A stretch of 63,098 nucleotides of DNA, the filler included, from Octopus bimaculoides (lineage: Eukaryota), in NCBI RefSeq assembly GCF_001194135.2. It is 3 parts of 3 records of this genome, joined end to end, with 100 filler letters (N's around TTAATTAATTAA, not from the genome) between each part and the next. Parts side by side here need not be neighbours in the genome. Positions count along the whole stretch, not along the records: positions 31,237 to 60,846 come from NC_068981.1; positions 60,947 to 63,098 come from NW_026431135.1; 1 more part is not named here. The stretch is one strand, 5' to 3'. The translations under genes were made by a program, and so were the position numbers. The notes beneath the pieces are model-generated. The model was not told the DNA's origin, made no database searches, and saw only the letters and a program-made list of their open reading frames with translations. Shown piece by piece: positions 51,565 through 63,098 of the stretch (position 1 is the first letter of the stretch; every line of letters starts with the position of its first letter).

Positions 51565-53656
51565 TTCTTTATTGGCCACACAGGGCTGGACATAGAAGGG
51601 ACAAATACAATGTAGAGTTTGTTTTTTTTCGAGGGGGGCGAAAACAAAGTAAAAAAAAACAAAAGTAGGGACAGCGATCAAAAGGGATCGAAGTCGTTTT
51701 TGGATATACACAACAAAAGTCGAAGTAGTACAAAAAATTCCCAAGAAATGGGGACGTTTATCCGTGAAAAGAAAAACCTACGAAAAGATCACGGTAACCT
51801 CGGGCAATAATGTCACATATTAAGACATTTATTTACAAGTAACTCTCTGTTTTAATTTTTTTTTTTTTCGGTTGATAGGATCATGCTCAAGGTGGATTCG
51901 TCATTCATACGTGCCATCCTTGCTACATTCACCCATCTTTTTGTGAAACATTCGCTAGACAAAACTTGCTTCTCTACTCTCACCTTCCTTTTCAAGTGAT
52001 ACTTGAAGAAGTTGATGAGAGATTGACCAGAGAGGAAAGTGTTTGTCTCCAATCTTTTCAGACACGTCCACCAGATAAATTCTTTCACCGTAGCCATAAG
52101 TACGATGAAAATAGCTCTTCCTTCACGTTTGAAGGAAGGAGGCGTGACAATATTGACGATAGACTCGGCTGGTAAACCGACTCGTCCCACACGTGACAGC
52201 AGTCGTTCGACATAAGCCCACAGGCTGGAAATGGTTAGACACTGCACGAGTGCGTGCAGAACGGTTTCGTCGCTCTGACCGCATCTTGGGCAGGTCGGCC
52301 CTGTGGTTCTCGAGCCGTGTCTGTAGAGCTTATCCCGAACGAGTAGCGCTTCTCGGTAACACTGCCAGACCAGGGATCTCTGGAAGTTGTCCATAGGTCC
52401 CGGCCCGAAAGACGTCTTGAACAGGCGGGTCAGGTATTCCTCGTCGATGCCCAGGTTCGCCCCGAGATCGTCGTCGTACCTCCCCTCCACCAATCCCTTA
52501 TAGAATGCTTTGGTTGTGATGCAGTCGCTCAAGGTCGACCCGGTATGGAAGAGTTGCTCGAGAGCAACGCGACACTCGCGGTACCATTCGCCCTTCCACG
52601 GCCTCTTCTTGATCCACGACTGCAGCTNNNNNNNNNNNNNNNNNNNNNNNNNNNNNNNNNNNNNNNNNNNNNNNNNNNNNNNNNNNNNNNNNNNNNNNNN
52701 NNNNNNNNNNNNNNNNNNNNNNNNNNNNNNNNNNNNNNNNNNNNNNNNNNNNNNNNNNNNNNNNNNNNNNNNNNNNNNNNNNNNNNNNNNNNNNNNNNNN
52801 NNNNNNNNNNNNNNNNNNNNNNNNNNNNNNNNNNNNNNNNNNNNNNNNNNNNNNNNNNNNNNNNNNNNNNNNNNNNNNNNNNNNNNNNNNNNNNNNNNNN
52901 NNNNNNNNNNNNNNNNNNNNNNNNNNNNNNNNNNNNNNNNNNNNNNNNNNNNNNNNNNNNNNNNNNNNNNNNNNNNNNNNNNNNNNNNNNNNNNNNNNNN
53001 NNNNNNNNNNNNNNNNNNNNNNNNNNNNNNNNNNNNNNNNNNNNNNNNNNNNNNNNNNNNNNNNNNNNNNNNNNNNNNNNNNNNNNNNNNNNNNNNNNNN
53101 NNNNNNNNNNNNNNNNNNNNNNNNNNNNNNNNNNNNNNNNNNNNNNNNNNNNNNNNNNNNNNNNNNNNNNNNNNNNNNNNNNNNNNNNNNNNNNNNNNNN
53201 NNNNNNNNNNNNNNNNNNNNNNNNNNTGCTTCTCCAGGTGCCGAGCAATAAGCCCACCAACTTTTCCCGGTTGATTTTCGCTCCCATCACCACTTCGTAG
53301 TCTTTCAGCATCTCGCTGACCAGTTCGATGTGCTCGTGGCTAGACACTATGACGGTGACGTCGTCCGCGTATGCGGGCATGCTCGTCCCACACCCCAGTT
53401 CTCGCGGGATGCCCCTCACTGTCACCAGCTTCCACGGTAGTGGCTCGAGAGTCAATACGTACAGAAGCGACGAGAGGGGGCATCCCTGACGGACCGAACG
53501 TGCAATGTCGAAAGGTCTCGATAGATGCCCATTCACGCAAATTACCGAACGGATGCCTCTGTACAAGACAGCCATCCAGCCGCGGAAGACGGGACCGAAA
53601 CCGGCTGCTATGAGGACAGCCTCCAAGTATCGATGGTCTACCCTATCGAAAGCTTT
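51565..53656 (-). mobile_element. 5'-truncated Tx1/L1-clade LINE: ORF2 RT, C-terminal CCHC domain and 3' UTR
   Basis: KAFDRVDHRYL...RSVRQGCPLSSLLYVL...AYADDVTV...GAKINREK, then CPRCGQSDETVLHALVQC after the gap. Stop at 51852 and AATAAA tail next to (GATA)n. Relatively GC-rich and largely open, so fairly young. Confidence 0.92.
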
Positions 53657-53680
53657 ATATATATATATACATATATATAT

Positions 53681-54032
53681 CAGAAAATTTACTGAAATTT
53701 CATTTCAGTAGAAGGACATATTACAGTAGAAGGACATATTACAGTAGAAGGACATATTACAGTAGAAGGACATATTACAGTAGAAGGACATATTACAATG
53801 ATACTTTGTTTGCATAAAATCTTAACTCCATGCATATATGATATTTTCAATCAGAAATATTTTTGCAAAACTCTCGTATGTGGGACTTACTACACTTTTG
53901 GAAAATGCTAAACCGTTGTACTACGCTTTGACAATTTTCATACATACAGTAGAAGGACATATTACATTCAAACAGTGTAGTTACAACAGTAATATGTCCT
54001 TCTACTGCAATGAAATTTCAGTAAATTTTCTG
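53681..54032. mobile_element. MITE with ~44-bp TIRs, an 18-bp tandem array and captured flanking DNA
   Basis: cagaaaatttactgaaatttcatttcagtagaaggacatattac / gtaatatgtccttctactgcaatgaaatttcagtaaattttctg followed by TA. Five copies of cagtagaaggacatatta at 53706-53795. Confidence 0.8.
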
Positions 54033-54260
54033 TATCTTTGTGTAGCTGAAGATTGCTCTGCATTTAACATTTAATGTAATACTCACATTGCTTAAATAAA
54101 TGGAGTCGCATGAAACGATCATACTGCAGTAACCTTGAATATCCTTGTTGCTTATTTTGATTTTTTTAATCACCTTATTTTGGGAATTGTTTGGATAATA
54201 CCATACAAAATTTTGGTGCCTAAACTTAAGTACCATATTCACCTTGAATCTAAATTTATA

Positions 54261-54368
<108 letters not shown>

Positions 54369-54482
54369 GTATATCGTTGCTATTATGCAAAAGTGTCGTA
54401 AGTTCAAAGTGTTGCTTTCTCAGAAAACGAAAAAATAGTTTCCCCATTCTATTTCTAATTAATATTAACGAGTTTCAGCTTA

Positions 54483-54630
54483 ACAATGATACTTTGTTTG
54501 CATAAAATGGTAACTCCATGCATATATGATATTTTCAATCAGAAATATTTTTGCAAAACTCTCGTATGTGGGACTTACTACACTTTTGGAAAATGCTAAA
54601 CCGTTGTACTACGCTTTGACAATTTTCATA
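54483..54630 (+). repeat. 148-bp segment duplicated at 53795-53942
   Basis: Identical apart from ct versus gg in aaaat(ct/gg)taactcc. Confidence 0.95.
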
Positions 54631-55571
54631 TCTTGGCATCTGAAGCAGCTGGAGATACGCTAGCTTGACCAAAAGAACGGACTATTGCAATCAAAATTAA
54701 ATAGAGAAAAACGCATTTGGCCAAATTTGGACATACGACAATTTTTACATAATAGCAATGATATATTCACTCCTATCAGTCAATGTTAAATATAAAACGT
54801 ATGATGATGTCATCAGCGGAGATAAGGGTCATGATAGAAGCATACTGATTATATACAAATAAAACAATATCTTTCCGGTTTTCAATTTCTGTTTTACTAA
54901 TCTTGATATCTTCAACATACTCTCTTTCGATAAACGCAGTATCAGACGTTTTATGTTAAGCAAGAGACGTTCAGACAAGTCAGTTTGTGTCCGGAAAAGT
55001 ATATATTAGCATACACATGTATTTTTTATAAACATATATTTATTTTCAAGTGTCAGTTTCATATTTCAGTATTGAGAGCGTGTGTATATATGTATTATAT
55101 TTTTGCAATCGTATATGTGTGTGTGCGAGATTATATGCATAAATATATAAATATACATACACATCCCTACACAATAACATAAGTTTCTGACAGTCAGTAT
55201 CAATTATTAATAATATTCTCTTGCTTAATTCTATCCTTCTATTTCATACTAAATAAGTTTAAATGCCTCAAAGTTTGGTCTGCGTCTGAGGTAGGTTTAA
55301 TGAAGTTTATAATTTTCTTCATCATTGTACTTGCAAAAACAAGACCCGAAAAATTTGGTGGAGGTTTGTTGTGGTAAAATTATGTAGCGAAGTTCACGTG
55401 TTTGGATTGGTTCGTATGTCGTGGGGTCAAGAGTATTCTGGTATTTCAGAACTGACCCATCATCTAAGAGGAAAGATATTTTTTAAACGTGCACTAATCA
55501 GTAGTTCAGTGGATAACGAATTTATTAGTCCTAACTTAAATACTTCTAGTCTGAACCCTACCATTGGAAAG

Positions 55572-55800
55572 GGTTGTTAACCGTTGGCGACAAAGACACA
55601 CACACATACACATATATATATAGAGATAGACAAACAGTACGAAATTCCATACTCTGTTTGCCAAATTCACTCACAAGTAACTGGTTGACCCGGGTCTATA
55701 GTAGAAGGCACTTACTCAAAATGCCACGCAAGAGGACTGAACGGGAAAGCACGTGATTGCAAAGCGAGGCTGTTTACTGTAAGAGCCATGCCTGCTCCTG
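55572..55800 (-). mobile_element. SINE family A, diverged partial copy
   Basis: Reverse complement aligns with the 5' half of the 35302 copy. Confidence 0.7.
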
Positions 55801-56387
55801 CACAACGATGCCGGCACCAACTAAACTCACTATATCTAAGTTTGAGTTTGTTTTTCATATTCTGATATCATATTCCAAAACAATGGAATAGAAATTGCTC
55901 AAGATAAAAAAAAATATGTAACTATAAAGTATAATTGTGTAGAAGTATTCGATAGATATTTCGGTATAAAATATCCTGGGATCTCGGTGACTCTTTGGTG
56001 CATACAGTTGCACCTAGAAGTTCCACTTCGAGAATCAGATTTGTGCAATTATTTCATGAAAACCGGCAGTTGTCCATGCTTCCTTTCTCATACCATCCTA
56101 CATTTTAATACAAATAGCTGTGATAGATACCACAAAGCATCTGCTCCAACGTTTTGAAATCCCCCCCCCCCCACTGGAGTGGTATTCTCCTTATGCACAT
56201 CGAAAGAATGAAAGACAAAGTTGATCATTGTGGTAGCTGAATTCGGATCAAACACTGCAAGACATTCTATCCGTTGCATTAACATCTCCTTACGTGCCAT
56301 GTGAGTTCATTTTCTCCTCTTTATATGTCGTGTGTTCGCTAGTGTGCTTTGTGCTGCAACAATATCTATGCGTGCACATTAAATACT

Positions 56388-56600
56388 GGTTTCAAAATTT
56401 GGTTCAAAACCAACAAGTTTGGGGGGAGCGGATACATCGATCACATCGCCCCTAGTGCTTAACTGGTACTTAATTTATCGACCCGAAACGATGAAAAGTA
56501 AAGTCGACCTCGGATGAATTTGAACTCAGAACGTAAAAACGGACGCAATACCGTTTAGCATTTTTCTCGGAGTACTAACGATTCTGCCAGTTTGCTGTCT
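56388..56600 (-). mobile_element. SINE family B copy
   Basis: Aligns with other family B copies. Confidence 0.85.
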
Positions 56601-56630
56601 TTTGTGCGTATTTAATATATTTTAAAATTA

Positions 56631-56797
56631 GGTGGTGAGCTGGCACAATCGTTACCGCTACGGAATAAGTGCTTAGCGGCATTACTTACGTTCTGAGTTC
56701 AAATCCCGATTCGGGTCGTTCAAATAAGTACTAGTTGTTGTAATTATCTTATCCCCTCCCCACAGAATTTCTAGCGTTATACCAAAATTTGAAAGCA
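56631..56797 (+). mobile_element. SINE family B copy with internal deletion
   Basis: ggtggtgagctggcacaatcgtta...ttacgttctgagttcaaatccc. Confidence 0.8.
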
Positions 56798-59700
56798 ATA
56801 CTATATTGTTCAATTTGAAGTGAAGTAACAAGCTTCTTAGAGCGATTTCATTTTTGTTTTACTGTGTGAATGAACTAAAAGAATCATTAAATATGTATTC
56901 TTGATGAGGCACAGTTGTATTTATGATTTGGGAATAAATACTGTTCTGTACAACTCAAATTACTTTAAGAAATTAAACTTAAGAGTCGGTAAGTGTTACT
57001 TTTCACTAAGTATTTCTTGGTGAATAAAATCTTCGTTTAAAACCTGAAAAGAAAGCATAGCGACTATTCTAATGATGACTTGGATTCTTCCAACCCTATG
57101 GTTAACGTGATTTATCAATAATCTCAAACATGTTATATAATGTAGTGGTTGTAAGGAGTGGTATGAATAACAGTTGTCTTGGTGTATGTGGTGCTGAATG
57201 TGATAAAATCAGAATATGAAACTTCAGACTTACTTTAAATATTCGAAAAGTACACTTTGGAGCATTTAGTCCTATATAAATCTATGTGTGTGTCATACTC
57301 ACACAAAGGGATCATATATGTAACGTGTATGAATGTGGTGATGTGCCGGTGTTTGTTTGTATGTGTGTATGTGTGTGCGTGCGTGTGCGTGCACTTGTGT
57401 GTATATTCACACAACACACATACACACGCACAAATACGCGCGCGCACACACACACACATACACACACACACACGTGCAAATTTGATGAAAACTGTCCAAA
57501 GGTCGGTGTTTCATTTGGTAGAGATATGAAGTTTATAAGTTCACAGCAATAATGGAGTCACCACAGTACTATTGATACACAGCACTCTGGTGTACCCACA
57601 GTGTAGTTTGAATCTTAAGGAATAAAATCTTATCAGTTTCTCAACGTTTTCTTAGATTCGTTCTTTGATATGTATATTGAATACACCGTAACGTAATCAT
57701 TTTTATCTCACTATTTTTGTCTTCGTCACTTCCTGGCCATCATCAACATCACCTTTAGAAAAATAGAAATCCACAACAATGAAGATCTATGCAATGAACT
57801 AAATATCTTTCATACAAAATATTCATTTATTTTTCTTCGTTATTTTTGTTCGCTTGACGGTTGCTTGGGTTTTTTGTTTTGTTTTTGTTGACTTTTTTTT
57901 AGAACGATGTTATTGTTTATGCATTGTGATATCAAAACAATATCTTCTATGGCGATGTCACGTACAGTATAACTACTGTCGAATTCCCGGTAAGACGACA
58001 TCTTGCTATGCATCTAATTTATATTAAAATAAGGACATGAATACATAATTTCTTGTATACCTTTGCTAAGACAGCATCTCAATATACTAATGATTGATTC
58101 CAATAAGACGTTAATACATAATCTTTTGATTACGTCTCTTTAAAATATATGGTTTTAGTACCTTTTCTAAACGAAATCAATACTTTCTGAAGTGTTGAAA
58201 TTGCAGTGAATATTGATTAGATGCCTTAATCATTAGTGTTGTGTGCTCTTAGTAGAAATTGAAATTCTCTAAATCTTTCTCGGCTCATTTGAATGGCATT
58301 GGAGTAGGCAAGATAAAGGCACAGAAATGCTTCCATTACTGAATATTGAACCTAAAGAAATTGATTGATAAGAAATTCCAGGCTGAACTTTTCTGTAATA
58401 ATGATCGATATAAAGAATTGATGGAAGGTTGAGTGAATGGATTCTATTTTGTGTTTTTGCTTGCTTCCAGAGGCAGCTAAGGGAAGATTTAAATTTGCAA
58501 TATAATAGAATCATAAAGAAATCCTGTATTCTGAAATTATCGTGATAGTGGCTCAGTAACCTTGTATGTGCGCATATTCAAGGAGAGGTTCGTAAACAGA
58601 ATCACAATTAGAGAGAACAGTGTGAGAAAGGCTTGCTCAGAGGCAAATGTTGCTGACAATAGTGGTTTATGAAACAGATACTAATTACATGATCATTACG
58701 TGATTTTTTATAAAACAATTTGAGAATATAATTTACATGAGCTTCTTAATGATAAAGTAAACATAGAGTGTGGCTTTTACTTTTGTTTTAAATAATAACG
58801 TAAGTTTAGAATTTATTTTCCATCAATGAAATACATACAATGTTGATTTAATGATATGTAACTCTAGGTCCAATTGTTTCTAACTTCTATTTTTCTCGTG
58901 ATGAGATTCAAATGGGAGAAGAGGAGTGAGAATGTAAATCACCAACCTAAATATATACTTTTAATTTCGTCGTCGTGAGCGCCGCAAAAAGCATACGGTA
59001 GAATCTTACATATGTAGTATAGTGAATTGAACAACTTCGATGAACAGAGACTCTTTAAAGTATTTGTAAGCAAATACTCCCTCTAGGGGCACTTAAAATC
59101 TAAAATGAACTAGTTGTAGTATTTGTTGTTGTTGTTGTTGTTGTTGTTGTTGCTTAATCCAAGTCAGCCTAGATCCAACAGACCTCTGATCACAGACATT
59201 CGAGCTTTAGCCATCCTGTTTACAGTCTTCGGCTACTATTCCTCGGAGGACCAACGACCTAACATCTAATAGATTTAGCCGGCTAATCTCGATCGTTCGA
59301 CAGCATTAATGATGTTAATGGGGTTTAACACGAGTCAATATAGCGTAGACACACAACGAAAGGTATTCGATCTGTCTCCACTTATTTTAGATGTATCTCG
59401 GGATACATTATCCAACATGTTCTTCCTTTTTTTGAGTCATTAGGCTGAATTTGACGGAGATCCGGCTGATATTTCTATCAGGTTACCTGACAATATATTA
59501 TATCTATTTTGGAGACACTAATATCTTTGGAATATATGTGCACTTCAGCCTTTTATCAAAAAATATCATTCATTTAGGGGGAACTTCACAATTTTTTTCT
59601 CTGATATAGTTAAATTATATATATATATTAGAAAATTTCTTCGTATGATTTTGGTTTTACAATCTCCTGTAAGATTTATCTTTTTTCTTAAGAAAAGAAA

Positions 59701-60184
59701 GCAATGTTTCTTTAGTTCTTCACTTCGTTTTAGCTAGCATGCTATGACCATGCAGGAGCACCACTTCTAGTGATATTAAATTTTTTTTTTACTATTTTAT
59801 CTGTCAATATATGTCTATATATTGTCTATATAATTTAATATATAATCTTATATTTATATTACACAGCCTTCTGATGCAATTTTTAGCTCTCAATAAAAAA
59901 ATATTATTTCTGGCTTGTTATGAATCTACAGGTGACAGAATTCAACTATCGCAAAGTACCATTTTTTTTTGTACCATGAATTTGCCGAACAACCCCTGAT
60001 GATTTCTTCGGCTTACTTTATATATTTCGTGGAAGAATATAATAATATTTCTGGTTTCCTGCCTTTGAGTAACTCTAAAGATAGATACAGACAATTTTGC
60101 CGCATACCTCTCAGTACTCAGAATGTAAAAGACCCTAACTAAATACTACAATGGATTTCATCCAATGCTCTAGCTTTCCTGGAA

Positions 60185-60325
60185 TGGCATTATATTTCAT
60201 CAACCTACGAAGGATGAAAAATTAATATGAGTTCGGTACGATTTGAACTCAGAACATAATGAGGCGTCGCAACTACTACACAAATATTCCGTCAGACATT
60301 CAAATGAGTCTGCCAATTCGCCGCC
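60185..60325 (-). mobile_element. SINE family B, old copy
   Basis: aggatgaaa...atttgaactcagaac...ctgccaattcgccgcc. Confidence 0.65.
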
Positions 60326-60658
60326 AATATTATCATGTGAAGAAGAGATATTGAAAAATGACCTGTAATACAAATAAGCATTGTTCCACCGTAAGACTTC
60401 ACATAGAGTGACAAGAGTACATCAATTTGACAGAGGGCATCTCTCTTCAGGAAAAACTCGTGGGGAATGAAATTACGCTACAAATTATGCACAAGCTCAT
60501 TCAGATATACAAATAATTATTCTTTTGTGTATTCTGAACAGCGAGCACAACAAAAAGAGCAGCAGCAGCAAAAGCAACAACAGCAAAATAGTTAAATATT
60601 TCTTACAGTATTTGTTCAAAACTACAAATATATAAAGTTGTGTTCATTAATTATTCAT

Positions 60659-60830
60659 GGTGCGTAGACATGGCTATGTGGTTAAGAAGCTCCATTTTCA
60701 ACCAAGTGATGTCGGATTCAGTCCCATTGGCGAGGCCTCCTTGGAGAAGTGCCTTCTGCTTAAGCCTGGAAAGATGGAATGTCTTCTGAACGAATCTAAT
60801 AGACGTAAACTGCAAGATCATTTATATACA
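60659..60830 (+). mobile_element. SINE family A, 5' part (runs into a gap)
   Basis: tggctatgtggttaagaagc...ggattcagtcccattg...ccttggagaagtgccttct. Confidence 0.7.
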
Positions 60831-60846
60831 TATATATATATATTAT

Positions 60847-60946
60847 NNNNNNNNNNNNNNNNNNNNNNNNNNNNNNNNNNNNNNNNNNNNTTAATTAATT
60901 AANNNNNNNNNNNNNNNNNNNNNNNNNNNNNNNNNNNNNNNNNNNN
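60847..60946. other. Artificial scaffold spacer N44-TTAATTAATTAA-N44
   Basis: Same structure as 31137-31236. Confidence 0.95.
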
Positions 60947-60959
60947 TTAGTGTTTTACC

Positions 60960-63098
60960 AACATGCTCAATTAGAACTTGGAGGTTCAGTTAATAAAATA
61001 GATGTTATGATATTATCAACACATAGGACAGACCCTCAGACAGGTCACAGAGGCTACACATACTAATTGACAGACTTTCTTATATAGATGTAGAGACTAA
61101 AAGCTATTACCACCTGGTTTGAATATAATGACACCAGTCGATTCACATAAAGCTAAAAGAGTAGCGGAAAGGGCAGGCCATGCCCTCGTCCGTGAGAGGA
61201 TCCATTACAACTGTTGGAAAAACATCAACCAAATAATGAAATCAAAGAAAGGTTATCTTCATTACTTAGGAAAATAACCATAGATGATGATAGAAAGAGA
61301 ATCCAACAAGATCTAGAAAAGTCATATATGAAAGAATTTGAAATAGTGAAGACATGCCAGATTAAGAAGTTTATGCAACTCAAAGGTCAGAGAGTGAAGA
61401 CTGAAGTCCGTCACCCACCTGTGAAAGCAGTAATTAATGTAAGTAGCCAATATCTAGAAAGCTCTGAAGAAGCTGTACTGAATAAAGGCCTCAACTTTGC
61501 AACAACCATCAAGCACATTCCATTCTTGGACATAATAGCCCTTATTGAAGAGATAGCTGTAAAGATACCAAAAACTCAGGGAGATGAACTAAGGTGGAAG
61601 GTGAGACAGGTAATGGAAAAAGTGAAACTTCCCAAACCAAACATCACTAAGGAAGAAACGTTCGCTATCAAAAGGCTACAGAGTGACAATTCCATCATAA
61701 TACTTCCAGCGGACAAGGGAAATGCTACAGTGGTGATGATCAAGTCTGACTACTCGGAAAAACTGGCAAGTCTTATAAGTGATGGTAGCTACAGCTACAG
61801 CTTTAAATACAGAGAAGTTGTCATAGATCTTGATCAAAAACAAGGATCACTTTACACCAATGAAATACAGACAACTGACTCAACACTACAGTAAACTACC
61901 ACACATGTACAGTCTCCCAAAGAATCACAAGGGTGGTATTCCATTAAGACCTATAGTGAGCTTTAGAGGTTCAGCATGTCTTCCACTGAGCCATTTCCTT
62001 GTGGATATAATCAGTCCATTAGCAGGAAAGTCAATATCGTACGTGAAGAATTCCACCCACTTCACAGAATTGATCAAGGATACCGCCACTGAATTCAACT
62101 AGATGGTGAGTCTAGATGTGATAAGTCTGTTCACCAAAGTCCCAAGTGGTGAAGCACTATTGGTGATACAAGGAAACTAGTGACAGACACCTATCTAAAA
62201 GAACACACTAGTATACCAATAAGAAACTTGATGGAAATATTGCCCTTCTGTGTAGAACCTACCTACTTCAGTATGGACACTGATATATATTGTCAAGAAG
62301 AAGGTTTAGCTATGGGTTCACCATTATCACCGATAATAGCCAATATATACATGGAATACTTCGAGAATTTGGCTTTAGGATCAACACCACTAAAACCAAC
62401 ACTATGGCTATGATATGTTGATGACACCTTTATACTCTGGCCCCGCCAGGAAGATGTCCAAGTGCTGTTAGATCATGTGAACTCAATAAAGCCATCCATA
62501 CAGTTCACAATGGAAAAAGAAAAAGACAATCAGCTGGCATTCCTGGATGTATTAGTAACACGCACCAATTATGGATTCAGGACATCCATATACCGCAAGC
62601 CAACCTTTACTGGACGATACCTCAACTTCAATTTCCACCATCCATACAGTGTAAAGAGTGGGATTGCTCAGTGCCTAAAACATCATGCAAAGAATATAAG
62701 TAGCGATCATGATACACACCACAAAGAAATGATCAAGCTAAGTAACAGTCTATTAAACAACAACTACCCAAAAGTATACTATCCACTCCAATTAAGAAGA
62801 GAGAGGATGAGGCCAATAAACTGTCCACAGTCTGCCTACCATATGTGAAAGGCCTCTCCGGAAGACAGTATTCAAGAGTAATACAACACTTCGCAAATAT
62901 TTCCTTCGAGTAAAACCACCAATAGAAGAGAATATGACCAAAGACTGTGTGTACTCCATCCCATGCAGCTGTGGTAGGTTATACAAAGGCGAAACATGCC
63001 ACCCGCTCAAGATAAGGGTAGATGAACATTGCAAAGCTGTGACATGCAGAGATATTGATAAATCAGGTATAGCTGATCATTTATGGAAAAATGGAGAC
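60960..63098 (+). mobile_element. Penelope-like element (RT plus GIY-YIG endonuclease), disrupted, runs off the window end
   Basis: VLNKGLNF, IIILPADKGNATVV, YSLPKNHKGGIPLRPIVS, MVSLDVISLFTKVP, GLAMGSPLSPIIANIYME, YVDDTF, IYRKPTFTGRYLNF. GIY-YIG CVYSIPCSCGRLYKGET...RVDEH. The short GIY-to-YIG linker fits the Penelope/Poseidon type rather than Neptune. Confidence 0.93.

Noticed and set aside
53706-53795. 18-bp direct repeats resembling a CRISPR array
   Set aside because: There are no spacers and no cas genes, the context is eukaryotic, and the unit is part of a MITE TIR.

Overview
AT-rich, repeat-dense eukaryotic DNA with many microsatellites and assembly gaps. The SINE and microsatellite landscape suggests a coleoid cephalopod (Octopus-like); this is an inference, not a database result. 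I found no host protein-coding exon that I can support, so the window looks intergenic or intronic. It contains decayed R4/Dong-like RLE LINEs, RTE LINEs, a Tx1/L1 LINE, an ORF1-only (HAL1-like) element, an internally deleted Mag-type Gypsy element, a Penelope-like element, several Tc1/mariner relics and MITEs, and at least four tRNA-type SINE families. The most interesting observations are: (1) a near-canonical minimal type I hammerhead ribozyme with a palindromic stem III at 38221-38268; (2) a SINE, an ORF1-only element and a Tx1 LINE sharing one 3' terminal motif; (3) a MITE carrying a near-exact 148-bp copy of nearby flanking DNA; (4) a CpG-rich TATA/Inr promoter-like island at about 48.4 kb; (5) long foldback elements. 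Coordinates were counted by hand and element edges are approximate unless a motif is quoted.
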